Source: Camelus dromedarius (taxonomy: Eukaryota). Taken from it: a stretch of DNA of 64,000 bases. The position numbers and the translations under genes were made by a program. Positions within the stretch are counted from its first letter, which is position 1; every line of letters begins with the position of its first letter. The stretch lies in the NCBI RefSeq assembly GCF_036321535.1, contig NC_087438.1, positions 1,304,001 through 1,368,000 of the forward strand, written 5' to 3'. The notes below the pieces were generated by a model, which worked only from the letters and a program-made list of their open reading frames with translations, searched no databases and was not told the DNA's origin. Positions 48,895 to 61,300 of the stretch are shown here, in pieces.

Positions 48895-51800
48895 GCGCTG
48901 AGGGGACTCACCAGATCCCCACGGGGGAGCCGGCTGTGCAATCCCGGACAGTTTCTCCTTTTGCTCCTTCCACTAGTTTTGTTTTTAACAAGAAGAGAGA
49001 GTGGAGAGAGACTGCTCTGGGAGGGAGGGCGTGGCTCCCACCTGGAGCTCGCAGAGAGGCCAGATTTCAAGGTCGTCCTGAACGGCCCACCTCTTGCTTC
49101 CTCACCACGCCCCCCGCCTCCTGATCCCAGGACGAGACCTGCTGCGATGGGATAATGTCCCTGCTTTTAAGGGGAAGAGCTGGGGTTGGCACAGAGACTA
49201 AGTGGAGATGGGCAAGGTCGGCGGTCTGGGACCCAAGGCAAAGCCGCGCTCCACACGCCCGCCCTGCTGTGGAAGCCGGGGGTCTCGGCGCCCGCACCTG
49301 GTTCTCCTCCACGTGAGCTGCGGAGTGTCCTAAGAACACATCTCGCGTGACTTCTCTTCTGGACTCTGGCCTGGTCCCGCCTGGGGAGGGGGACCGTGGC
49401 AGACCCTCCCCCGGGCAGAGCTGAGCCTGGGGGCCTGCTGGGCTGGGAGCTCAAGCTGCACGGCAGAGCGGTCAGCAGCTCCTGCTTCAGCCCCGGGCAG
49501 ACTCCGGGGGGTGAGGCGGAGCCCAGGCCAGGAGAGCGGAGTGAGGCGCTCCAGACGGCGCAGCCTGCACACCAGCCATCAGGACCCCGGCCTCTGCTGT
49601 CCCTTGAGCAGCGGTTCTGAGACCAGCCTGGAGCGGAGGACACAGGTCACCTCACCGAGCGAGGGGGCAGCCAGTGCAAGCATGCCCTGCGTGGGAGCAG
49701 AAGCGGGGACCCAGACTGAGACCAGGGCAGATGGGCAGATGGGCAGAGGGCAGGGCAGGCCGGTCTTGGCGCCAGGGGCCTGCGGGGCCCCAGGCAGCCT
49801 GGAGAGCAGGCGTGACTCCCAGCCTGCAGGGTCCACGCCTGCTGACCCCGTCCCTCCCCGCGGAGCCTGGTTCAGGCATAGGGGCGGGGCTGGATGCCCC
49901 ATGGGCCTGACGACACAGAGCAGGTCTGGCCCCTCAGCAGGAGCCTCAGAGAGGAGGGCAGGGGGCACTTGGCCGCTTCTCAACACTGGCATGTCATGGA
50001 GGCCCCCCCCAACCAGAGAGGGCCCGGGGGGCGATGGGTGGGGACCATGTGACAGAGGCGGCCCCACGGGGCTGAGGTTTTCCAAGCAAAGGGCAGCGGT
50101 GGGCATGGGGGGCTCCTCTGCCCAGTGGAGGCGGGGTGGCAGCAAACCCAACCCAGCCCGGACGGTCCTCAGAGAGGCGCCCACTAGGAGTGGGGGAGAC
50201 AGTGGGTCCCCAGAGCCGCCGCCTGTCCCGTGGTGCCCTGCCGCACAGACCGCCGCCTGAGGAGGCTGGAGCCCTGGGGTCATGGGCGGCCAGGTCAGAC
50301 GGCAGTGACTCCGTCACAGAGACGTGAACGAGGTCCTGGGGACTCACAGCGACAAGTGCTGATCACCAGCTTCTCGAAGCCGGTGAGGGGAACTCCCTGC
50401 TGAGATGGTCACGGCGCCGTGCCGGGCACCAGCAGCTCAGGGAGGCACCCCTGCTCTTGCCGCGGCCCTGTCACCTCCGTTTCTAATTTATCTCCCATCC
50501 GCCACCTGCCAGAGACACTGGAGGGGAGGCTCAGAAGTGCGGGGTAGAAATACCATTTACATTCTGATGAATAAAAACATCTCCTCCTGGGGGGAAGCCC
50601 CGTTTTGGACTCCGGGACCTCTCTGCGGGGGCGGCCGCCCCCCTTCTGTCAGGGCGCTCCCGGCCGGCAGCCTTCATGCTCTCCTGGGGCTGAGGGGGCG
50701 GGCAGAGGCCTCTGAAGGCCTGCGACCCCCCAGGGGTGCCGGCTGTGGATTCAGTCACATCTGGGGGACACTGACACGCGCAGGAGTTTAAAGGACCGTG
50801 GTGGGGACCGTGGAGGCACAGAGTGGCCTCCCCCTCCCCCGCCAGGCGGAGGGTGGTCCCGGGGCTTAGAGGGCAGTACGCCCGGCTGCTCCCGGACCCC
50901 CTGGAGGTCCTAAGCAGTGCTGTAAAGCCGGGCTTGCTCTCTGGTGTTGGGGCAGCGGACGCCTGCGAGTCTGGGACGGCTGCGGTGAGGCGCTGCGGAG
51001 GGAGGGTGATGGCCCCGTTCCAGCGTCTGTCATGGACCTGCGGACTGGGGGGCCAGCTGGATGGCTCGAGAGGTGGGTCCACAAACACGGCGCAGGGGCA
51101 GGCCCTCAGCAGGAGCCTGCGAGCTGGGAATTCCTCCTGAAAAAGCCTCCTGGACTGGGCAGCTCCGCCACGGAGAAGGGGAGAGGCAGCTGGGGGGGGG
51201 GGTAGGCGGGCGGGGTCGGCCTCATCCTCAGCGGTCCCGCGGTGGCGCAGAGTGGCCGCAGTCACTGTTTGATGGGGGATGAATTTTGCGAGGTGACAAC
51301 GTCCTGCTCTGCTCGTTTCAGGGCTGGTCATTAAAAATGAAGCAGGACACAAAGAGGCCCGGAGGCCCTGCCTTCCCTCCAGATACAGGAGCGAGCGAGT
51401 CTGTGACTTGTCACCAGCAACACCCATTTGTGTTTGCTCTGCAAACCCGGCGAGTGGCCTCCCGGCCAGAGCCAAGGGCGCCAGGCCAGAGACATCGAGG
51501 GCCTTGGCAGTGTCCTAGGCAGCGGGGGGCGGGGCTGTGGGGGGCCTGGGACGGAGGCGGGAAAAGCATCGCCCTCGGCTCCTCGGAGGGCCTGCGCCGA
51601 GCACCCTAGGAGAGGAGATGGTCACCCGGTGCCACATGATGGGCGCTTCGGCTGTGCGTTAGGGTTTTTTCTTTTAATAATACATGGATGTGAGCAGCTT
51701 GGGCATGCCAAACAAATTCTCTCCACGAAAAGTCAACTGTCGGAACGAGGCGCATCTGTCTGGCCAAGTGCACTCAGGTAGAACGTCCCCACCAGCCGCG

Positions 51801-52490
51801 CGGCTCGGGGAAGGGAGCCCCACCTGTCGGCTCATAAATGTTTAGTGAGCGGCCCTCCCGCAGCTGCGGGGCCGCGCTGCGATCAGCTCCTCCAGGAGGC
51901 TGTGGGGGGGCTTCCGTGCCACCACCGACCCGCAGGAATTTCTGCTGCAGGCTCGGTGTGGAAACGGCTGGTGAGGACCCGGAGCCCGAGAGCAGCGCCA
52001 CTTGTTGGCTCACGACCAGCTTTTCTGCGTCTTAGTCTTTGCCGTCCTTGTCCTGGAAGAGGAGACGTCACCCCGTGTGGGGTTCTGATGTGTTCCTCGG
52101 TCAGTGATTCCAAAGAGCGAGATTGGTTTGCCAACTCTTCCAAGGGCAGCTTCAGAAAACTGCAGTCAGGGCTTCGGTGTAGAAACGTGACCTGTGGAGG
52201 TGAGATGCCACCGCCTGCCTGGGGGCCCCCGAGACCAGACCCGCTGAAGCCCTGGTCCAGCCCACATTTCTCTGGTCCCCAGACACGTACAAGGAGTGCA
52301 GAGGGGACATTTGGAAGCCGTGAAAACTTGCACCTGCGCCCTAGTGAGCTTCACGGCACAAGGACGGCTCCCGTGGGCCTCATGGTCATTGCCTAGAGGG
52401 AAAGGACGGCGAGAGCTCCGTCCTGAAAGTCAGGGTGGAGACGCGGAGAGGTGAGCAGGGCGGTGACTGGCTAGGGAGGTGGGAGCGGTT

Positions 52491-52685
52491 GCCTTTTTTC
52501 TTTCTTCTTTTTAAAGCAGAGTTGACTCACAGCGCTGCGCTCAGGCGGACAGCACGGTGATTCAGTTACACACACGTGTGCATATGTTCCTTCTCAGAGC
52601 CTTTTTGATTACAGGCCATTACAAGGTATGGAACATAGTTCCCTGCACGACACTGTAAGGCCTTGTTGTCCATCTGCTTCATATA
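52491..52685 (-). mobile_element. 5'-truncated artiodactyl L1 3' end with TSD
   Basis: T-tail, then aagcagagttgactcacagcgc...gacagcacggtgattcagttacac...ccattacaaggtatggaacatagttccctgcacgacactgtaaggccttgttgtccatct. Flanks tgggagcggtt (52480-52490) and tgggagcgatt (52686-52696). Confidence 0.85.
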
Positions 52686-53942
52686 TGGGAGCGATTTTAA
52701 ACGCCTTCTCTTGACCTGGATCGGGACAGGCAGAGTAGAAGGACCGAGCGCCCTCTGGTCCAGTGGCTCTCAGGTGTGTTTGGACCCTGGGTCCGCGAAG
52801 AGCGCCCTCCCACACTTGGGCACCTCTGCCAGGCTGCCTGCTTCTGCTGATGCGCACAGATGTTTCACAGCCCTGACTCGGTTTCAGAGCTCATTTTCAG
52901 ATGCAGAAATGGGTCCTGGGAGAGACGGCGCACTGACCAGGGCCCGAGGCTTCCCATCCAGGCGTCGGGGGTTGCCTGCGTCCCAGTCGAGTTACGCTGA
53001 CACAACCACCCAGTTGTGGACAAGGCTGAGCCCTGATGGGCTGAAGGGGAAACTCCTCGTGTCTCCACATCCATGAGTTCGGGGCCCTTTTTAAAATTCC
53101 TCTGTTTTGCGTTCCTTTCTTTCTTGTTTTTGCAGATGCAGCAGGCACCCCCAGGGCTCTGCCTGGAGAGCTAGACCCCAACATGGAGGCCTGTCTGGAC
53201 AAGAGATGGGACAATGGGGGCCCAGGACCCCCAAGACTGTCTCTCCCCAGAACTGGCCACGCTCATGCCTGCAGCCAGCCCCTTTGTCCCTCTGTAAGTG
53301 CTTCTGTCCCGTCAAACAGACGAGCGAGATCTGCACCGGCACCTGACTTCACGAAGGAGATCTGGAGTGGTTTTCCTCTCGTTTCCTGGCTCACATGGCT
53401 GAGCTGGATCCCAGAGGTGCCGGTGCTCAGCAGGAAATGACCCCGCCATCTATCCAGGCCAGGGAGGGGGCAGACGGCACTGCTCACCTGTCCTCATCCA
53501 CCTGGGCGGCCAGCCACCTCGCAGGCAGTGCTGGTTGTTCTGGACCCTGAGAAACACCCCATGCTGCCTCTCAGAAGCTGACTGGGGCCCCACAAGTCTC
53601 AGCATCCATGCAGGGTGTGCCCGCCACACTGAGGCGGCTGCGGTATGCTGGCCGTGGACGCACACTGGGAGCCTAGTGGCCTTCTCTCAGGCAGGTGTCT
53701 GGCCGCTCCCGGCCTGCACCTGGACACACTTTAGAGAAACAGGAGCTGCAGCTCCCAGGCCAGGCTCCCTTGGCTACTCAGTGAGATGCCCTCTGTGTGC
53801 ATTCAGGTCTATCCACCCCTGCAGCCCACCTGCCCAGCGCCAGGCGGTCTCCATCCTGGAGTGAGCGAGCCTGCCTTGCACAGGGGTCCTGCCAAACACC
53901 GGGAGCAACTGTTGACAAAGTTCACTGTTAAAAGCAGGTAGC

Positions 53943-54618
53943 TTACTTCACTTAGCATGACCGACTCCAGGTGCATTCGTGTTGCTCCAAATAGCATTAT
54001 TTTATTCTTTTTTATGACTGAGTAGTATTCCATTGTATAAATAGACCACATCTTCTTTATCCAGTCATCTGTTGATGGACAGTTAAGTTGTTTCCATGCC
54101 ATGGCTACTGTAAGTAGTGCTGCTGTGAACACTGGGGTGCATGTGTCTTCTCAAGTCAGAGTTCCCTCCAGATATATGCCCAGAGGTGGGATTGCTGGAT
54201 TATATGGTAAGTCTATTTTTAGTTTTTTAAGGAATCTGCACACTGTTTTCCATAATGGCTGCACCAAACCATGATAGCACTTACATTTAGAATCTAAAAA
54301 AGACACAAATGAACTTATTTACAAAAATCAGGGACAGACCCACAGACACAGAAAACAAAATTATGGTTACCAAGAGGGAAAGGGGTGGGAAGGGATAAAT
54401 TGGGAGTTCAAGATGGGCAGATACTAACTACTACGTATAAAATAAACAACAAGGTCCTGCTGTAAAGCACAGGGAACTACATTCAATACCTCGTAATAGC
54501 TTATAGTGAAAAAGAATGTGAAAGAGTATGTGTGCATATATGTCTACAACTGACTCACTGTGCTGTGCACCAGAAACTAACGCACCATTGTGAATCAACT
54601 AAACTTCAATCATTTATA
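53943..54618. mobile_element. 5'-inverted (twin-primed) L1 insertion with TSD
   Basis: 53943-~54268 is the L1 ORF2 C-terminus on the minus strand ([45 protein letters not shown]...MLSEVS). ~54269-54618 is the L1 3' UTR on the plus strand. TSD aaaagcaggtagc (53930-53942) / aaaagcaggcagc (54619-54631) at a TT|AAAA site. Confidence 0.92.
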
Positions 54619-56169
54619 AAAAGCAGGCAGCCACAAATAGATGAAGTTTGACCTGCTTTCCCCCATGTGCTGTCCCCTCAAGCTGAGTCTGAGTGTGTGG
54701 GGCCGTGGCGGCCTCGGGGGGCGTCTGCAGAGGGTGAGAAGCCCCCAGAAGGAAGCTTCTGGAGTTAGAGCATCTCTCCTCGTCGCCAACCAGGGAGGGT
54801 AGAAGGAGGTGTCAGGGACTACTCATGAAAAGTGAGGCCTTAAGCACTGATCCTGGGAATTCTAGAATGGCTCATTTATTTTATCTGTTTCAGACAAAAC
54901 CTGTCCGGAATTGGTCCAAGGATGGGGCCGGTTAGGGAGGGATGTTGGTGAGAGGCAGCTTGAATGAGATTTCCAGCAAGTAGGGGGACAAGGATGGTCC
55001 CACCGCAGAACTAGGGGGCTGGGGCAACCTGTGTTATTGGATCCCAAGCTGAGGAGAAAATTCCAATGGGTCTGAAAATCCGTCCACAGAATATCTCCAT
55101 CCATGTTACTGTTAATGTTTTTTAATTATTGACTCGTGAACTGTTAACACCTCTGGTGGAAAAGACTCGTCAGTGGAAGACACTCACTCTGCCAATTCCC
55201 GTCCACGCATCCGCCCTTCGCTCCGGTTTCATTCGCTGGGGCCACGTTCACGCCGGCTGCGGTCCCGGGCTCTCCATCCTTAGTCAGTGGCCGGGTCTTC
55301 ACCACAAACACACAGACACGCTTCTGCAAATTGTAAGGGAGGAAATGGGCACCCACAAACACGAGTCCTTTGGGTTTACTTGTGGCAGACACGGTGGGGG
55401 GCCCCTGACCCCTCTCCTACGGAGGGGCAGACGCTGCTTAATTTTGGGTGCAGGTGGCTGCTCTTTGAAGGTCAGCAAACGCACCCTCTGACCCTCCCAG
55501 GTGTTTTTACATGAAAATCCTAGCGTGTGCATCTTGCATTCAGGGTCGGAGGCGCCCCAGGCCGGGACCATGGGTGTTAATCACTGAGCTGTGCTGTTCA
55601 TGTCCTGGGCTGGGGTACCCTCCACGTCCTTCTGAGACGCTTAGGACGTTCAGGTGCAGATTCAACAAATGACACCACTTACAGAGGATTCTTTGGAAAA
55701 CAAGGATTTTTAAACACTTCACTAACTCGAATGCCAGGCTCAGTCACATGGAGACACTTACAGGCTTGCCTCCTTGTTACCCTCTCCAGGACGTGCTAAC
55801 GAAGTCTACTTTCAGTCAGCGGTTGTGCCTTGCACGTGCTGTGGTCCAGGGTTGCCCCGGTGCCCATCCCGGCCAGCCGGCGCTCCAGGAACTGGCTCCA
55901 CAGTCCTCAGCGTGCACCGCACACAGCGAGGAAGCATCCCTCAGGAAAACTGCCGGATTTTGTCTCCGACTTACTCAAGTTATGACAATGACAAGGTAAA
56001 GCTGTGAGAGGCTAAAACCAAGGAAGCAGGTCATGCTGCCCCCAAGGCTCTGAGCTCTGCACGCCCCCGCCCTCCCCCTCCACCTTGGGAGCCTTAATCT
56101 GCACCAGTGAGTGGCCGGCGGGGAGAATCGGGGCTTCCTGACCGTTTCCTTTAAGCGTTGCATCTCATC

Positions 56170-56510
56170 TGTTACAGAGAAAGTCTCCCGATGCTTGTCA
56201 GCAGTGGCGAGAAAGACAATTCAAGGCTGCTGCAATAGGAGACTGAGAGCAACTTCAACTCTGAATGAAACAGGAAGCCTGGAGATTTACAACCAAGACA
56301 GAGGATGAGGAAGAGGTGGAAAATTACTAAGAAGAACCTGACTAGCAGTGAGAGTCGGAGGAAGAGGAGCCCTAGTTGATGTCAAGGGTCCAGGTTCTTG
56401 GTGAACTGCTGGCAGGGTTCTGTGCCAAGACAGGGCTCTTCAGGCCAAGGTCGGGCCTGGTGGAGGGAGGCCTCGGGAGCTGGCAGGAGTTTGGTCAGTA
56501 GTCCTGGTCA
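56170..56510 (-). mobile_element. ERV1-type solo LTR, MER31/MER67-like
   Basis: Bounded by TG...CA. Contains attcaaggctgctgcaataggagactgag, ggagatttacaaccaagac, ggaaattactaag and gagtttggtcag...gtca, which match the antisense of MER31/67-family LTRs as I recall them. Confidence 0.65.
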
Positions 56511-57814
56511 CACTGTGAGCACGCAGCAGAGATTTTACGCCTTCAGGCCTGCTGTCCAGGACTGTCAGCATCACCCCCTTTCGCTCTCAGAAGACGTGAT
56601 TCTACACTCACCAGGCCCCGAGTGGGATTCCACAGGCCCAGAGCCGCAGGCGGCTCCCTTTGGGCCAGGAGGCCTCCCCAGGTTGCCACGGAGACCCACT
56701 ATCCAAAGGGAGTTGCTGCACCTGCTCCGGCCGGCTCGCAGGGTCCACTTCCATTCCATTAACTCGCACAGTAGACTCTGGAAATCCAGGGGGATACTTT
56801 GAAAAGAAGAGGAACCTAAGCTTTTGTCAGAACAGAGCTGAGAATAAGCCCAAAGCAGCAGTGGAGACAAACACAGACGTGCACATTTCCCTCTGACTGT
56901 GCGGGCGGGACTCAGCGCCACACACGGCGGGAGGCCCAGGGCTTGTAAGATCACTGCCGGCACGTTCCTGTCTCCTTGTCCGCGTGCAAGGGGGCTTCCT
57001 CGGCTGCAGTCAGGGCTTCGCGCCCAGGCTCACGTGGGGGTCACTCCTTTCCCACCAACACCTCCCGCCATGCACGGGAGCCTTTGGAACAGAGTCACCT
57101 TCTTTCCGATGGCTGCACGGCGCTTCACTGTGTGGAAAAGCGGGTGGACAGGGCCCCTCGTTCTGCTGCCAGCTTGTCGCCAAGAGCGCTGCCTCATACA
57201 CCTGGTGGGACAGGAGAGAAGGGGGCAGGCACGGCCACTCACAGAACCACACAGCAACCAGCACCAAGATGGTGGGAGATTCAACTCCCAGCGGGACTGA
57301 GGCCCAGGGAAGCGGGAGGTTTGTCTTCCAGAGACTTTGTGCCTCATTATACACTCATTACAACATGTCAGCTTGGGAAACGGCGCCCCCCCCCACCAGG
57401 TGCCGGGACGGCCCCCAGGCTGACCTTAAAGGGTCAACAAGTCGGTGGGGCCCAGTTCCTGGGAATCCAGCCCCTTCCCCAAAGTAGCTGGAGTAATCCT
57501 CCCACTTGTCAGCAAATGAAGCTCCCGAGCCCACAGGCATAGCAGCCCCGCACCTGCGCCTGCACCCCGGCCGCTGCCTCCCTCGCCGTGCGAGGGCCCG
57601 CACTCTGCCCGTGGACCGCGTGTCTACTTCTGCTTTAAACTAGGCACCTCCTGCGCCTCATGGCCGTTCTTGTGCCTTCTGAGACAGCCTGCACACCATA
57701 TCTGAGTAAATTCAAATATACACTTGAAGTCTTTCCTGGGGGAGGCCAAGGACGCTCACTGGCTGGAGCGTGTCCCAGGGACTCTGCTGGGGCCGGGGAC
57801 GTGGCCCTCCTCTC

Positions 57815-57990
57815 TCGCCCCGTTTTCCTGTATCCTTGGCACATTCCGAGTGCTTGAGTCCATGAGACAGATTCTCAGGAGGAAGGTTCCAGGTCAAAGA
57901 ATGTGTGTTTCCTTAGTTCTCAGCTGTCACTTTCCAGAAAGGCTTGGAAGCCTCACATCTTCCACCAGCAGAGCACCAGCAGTGCCAAGT
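57815..57990 (-). mobile_element. Old L1 (L1ME-like) ORF2 fragment
   Basis: gagacagattctcaggaggaaggttccaggtcaaagaatgtgtg...ttccagaaaggcttgg...cacatcttccaccagcag resembles antisense L1M ORF2 C-terminal sequence. Confidence 0.55.
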
Positions 57991-58149
57991 CCGTCTGCCG
58001 GGATGAGAAGCTGGTCTAAAGGAAGGCGTGTGACTTACCCGGGGGACACGGCTTTGCGGGAAAGGTTTGCATTGGAAGCCACTTTGTCTGCTTGCAAAAA
58101 AGTCCATGCTTCCCTCACGTGTCTCCAGAAGTTTCCTGGTCTCCTGCTG

Positions 58150-58308
58150 CCCCTCCGCTCCCCTCCCTTCTTCCCCTCCTGGCCCTCCCTCCCATCCCTC
58201 CTCCTCAGCCCCCACCCCTTCTGTCCCCTCTCCACTTCCCCCCTCCTCAGCCCCCACCCCTCGCTCCTGCTTAGACGTTCCTGCTTCCTCTCCTTCCCTC
58301 CTTCCCAG
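58150..58308 (+). repeat. Polypyrimidine (C/T-rich) low-complexity tract
   Basis: Almost purely C/T. The word ctcctcagcccccacccct occurs twice. Confidence 0.85.
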
Positions 58309-61300
58309 CAGAGGATGAGCCTCTGGGATTTGATGCTGGAAGTGTCCCCGCCCGTGGGAAACCCCTCTTCGTTGTCAGCTCTCGTTTCTCTGGTGACCCT
58401 CTCTCCCCTTCACTCCACCTCTGCCCCTGTCCTGAGTCACCCCCTTGTCCCCTTAACCAGTCACAACACGGACTGAGGAGTCAGTTACAGGTAAGCCTGC
58501 TCGGTGACTTGTCCTTGTGCGTAAAGCCGGGGAATTGCTTTCACCCTTTGCTGAAATATAAGTAGCAACAGAGTGAAGATGTAACGCGGCTGTCGTGACT
58601 GTGGGTGGACCGTCCAGCTGCCCGTCTACGAGGGTCTGCGGTAGGTCGTGGCTCCCCAGGACCTCTTTCTACACAGAGACCCTAGTGTCCACAATGGGAC
58701 TCCGCAGGACTAGACGCGCATCCACATTCCACCTCCAGGAGCCTAAAGCAAGGGACACTGGAGCTGTTACACTGGCAGATTTGACTTCCTCCTTCCAGAG
58801 CGCTCCCCAGCAGCTCTGCAGCACAGAACCCGACCCCCACCCCAAATCTGGCGGTGACCGTGACTGCGCAGCCCTGGGTCCGCTGGCCCCAGCCCCGCCC
58901 GGGAAGCAGCGGGAACTCCACCGAAGCTGCTCCAGCCTCAGCAGCGTAAGAGCAACTTGGCCCCTTGGCTGCTCGTTTCAGGTTTAAGAAGTGGAGGTGG
59001 AGCCCACGTCTCCACATTCAAATTCCCTTCTAAAAATGGACCTCCGTAATTACACGTTAAATATGATTCAAATCTGCAGGGAACTCTGACTCAATGAGCG
59101 TGAAAAAATTAATGAAAAGCTTAATTATTATAATAATACCATTAAAATCTAATAAAGAAAGAAAAAAACTTGATTTCATTCTATTTTAGCTTGGGCATCT
59201 AATATCTTTTTTCCCCCCTTTAGCAGAACTATAATTAATTTAGACTTGGATTTCAGAAAAGCTAAATTATATGCTTTAGCGCTGAAGAAAATTCCTCGAA
59301 AAGGAAGCAGGCGTGTGAGATACAGCAGACAAGCCGGCACCCGGACGCGACCCCGCCCCGCCCTGCAGGCAACACCTTGGGGCTGTCACCTCTAGGAGGC
59401 CCGGTCCTTTTTTTGCTGTTCCGTATTATGTAAGGGTCGTCAGCTGCTCGGACTCCTGCCTGAGTCCCCAGGGCTGCAGAGTGCATGCAGGTATTTAAGA
59501 CTCAAGGTATTAACTCAGTTAGCAGTGATGGAGGGGCGCTGGGGGCTCCGGGTGGTGGAAGGTCTGTTCCCTGCGGGCCGCCCTCGCCCACCTACAGGCC
59601 CGCGGGACGGCTCGCAGCCCCGAGCTCCAAGGCTGCCACTCCCCGCCTACTTTTCCAATGAAGGGAGTCTATTTCTTTGTTCATCGGATGTTCTTGGTGA
59701 AAACCAAGCAGGAGCCTCTCCCTGAGCGGGGACGTGCGTGGCCGGCCTGAGGCGTGAGCCCAGGAGCCGACGGCGGGAGCACGGCCTCGGCCCCCCGGAG
59801 CGGCTTAGATGGCGGGCTTTTCCGTAACAGGCCCCTTGTGGGGCCAGTTCCCTCTGCAGCCTGTGTCTTTGCCTCCTGTGCTCCCTCCCTTTAGCACCCA
59901 GTGCGGCCTGGGGCTTATCTGTCCCACCCGCGTTTACTGGACACGCGCTATGTGGCGGGTTCCTTCTGAGCCAGCCGGAAGTCGAATTCTAACAGGAATC
60001 GCAAGGGTTCAAAGGTAGTTGAAAGGCAATGATTTAGCAGCTTTGGTGCCATTTCAGGGGCCGAAAAGGCTTGCTCTCCACCCTCAGTACTGATGGAGGC
60101 TGCTTTCGTTTTCAGTTAGGACAATAACCGATCACGACGTCCTGTCAGTTCCAGGTCAGAATTCTTCCTGGAGACGCTTTCTCCACAGCCGCCAAGTCGT
60201 TCATCGCCAAGCCCTTTGCTCGAGCCTCCTGGCAGGGTCCATCCTTCCCACCCCATCGCTGCCACACGTCAAAACCAGGGCCCCTCCAGGATGGTCAGCC
60301 CCTCGAGGAGCGTGGCCTGGCCGGCTCAGGAGCTGCGGCCCAGGGGTCCCAGCGGGAGAGGCCGTCTGTGCCTGTGCGACCAGGCCTGGGGCCTCTCGGG
60401 TCCAGAAAGTAACGGTGCAGACAGTAAGTCAGATCTAGCAGACGACCCAGAGGCGCGCACCCAGGCGCTCCTTCCACAGGTGAGGCAGCGGGAGAGGCAG
60501 CCCCCAGCCTCCTGCCCCGGAGCCATGAGCGTAGGAGCTGCTGTCAGCGAGGCCCCGACCCCGGCCTGCAGACACTCCACCACAAGGTCCTGCAGACGTT
60601 TCTAAGAAACCCTCCTGGCCTTTTCCACGTGCACAGCTGAGGCTTCTCAAATTTTAGTGCTTTTAGCCCAAAGGATTAAGAGGCAGCTCCCTACTGCTGG
60701 ACCCACCGTTGAGGTCCTTACGAATTTCGCCCTTTAGAGTCCAAACTCATTAGGTTTGATAATCTGTGTACGATCCAAAGCACAGACAGCCGAGGCTCTC
60801 TGTTTATTAGAACCTCAAAGCCAATTCTGAAGCCCAGGGGCTCATCGACATAAGAATGCGGAGTAACTGGGGGAGGATTTGTAACCTGATGCCTGGGCCT
60901 AGGCCCCGTGCTGCTCAGGGGAGGGCCTGCCAGGGACTTGTTCGCAGAACGTGGGGTTGCCAGGATCAGAGCTCCTGTCCTTACAAGGTGTCAAACGGAT
61001 TCAGGAAAACAAAAGAGAAAAAAATTCAACCGACGTGGTTTCCCACCATGACGTTCTGGAATGCTGCAGCCCCAGTGTTTCGCTTTGTCCAGTTCAGTCA
61101 CGGGCTCTGCTCCCCTGCGCTACCGCTCGGGAGCTGGGCCCTGAGGTCTCCCGGCGCGAACCCAGCCTGGCTGTGGGAGAGCGCCCGTCGCTAGGGATCC
61201 GCGTGTGGGCAGGCGCGTGCATGCCAACGTGTGCAGGGGCGCACGCATACGCAAAGCTGATTGCTGTTTCATTTTTGAGTTTATTACGTAGAATTGTTAC

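Noticed and set aside
50531..51475. 314-aa minus-strand ORF
   Set aside because: No recognisable family or codon-like pattern. GC-rich chance ORF.
53809..54132. 107-aa ORF as a host gene
   Set aside because: It is the L1 ORF2p C-terminal fragment of the inverted insertion, reading out into flanking DNA.
55380..55590. Possible old MLT1/LTR16-type LTR starting tgtggcagacac
   Set aside because: Similarity is limited to the first few bases, too weak to call without a search.
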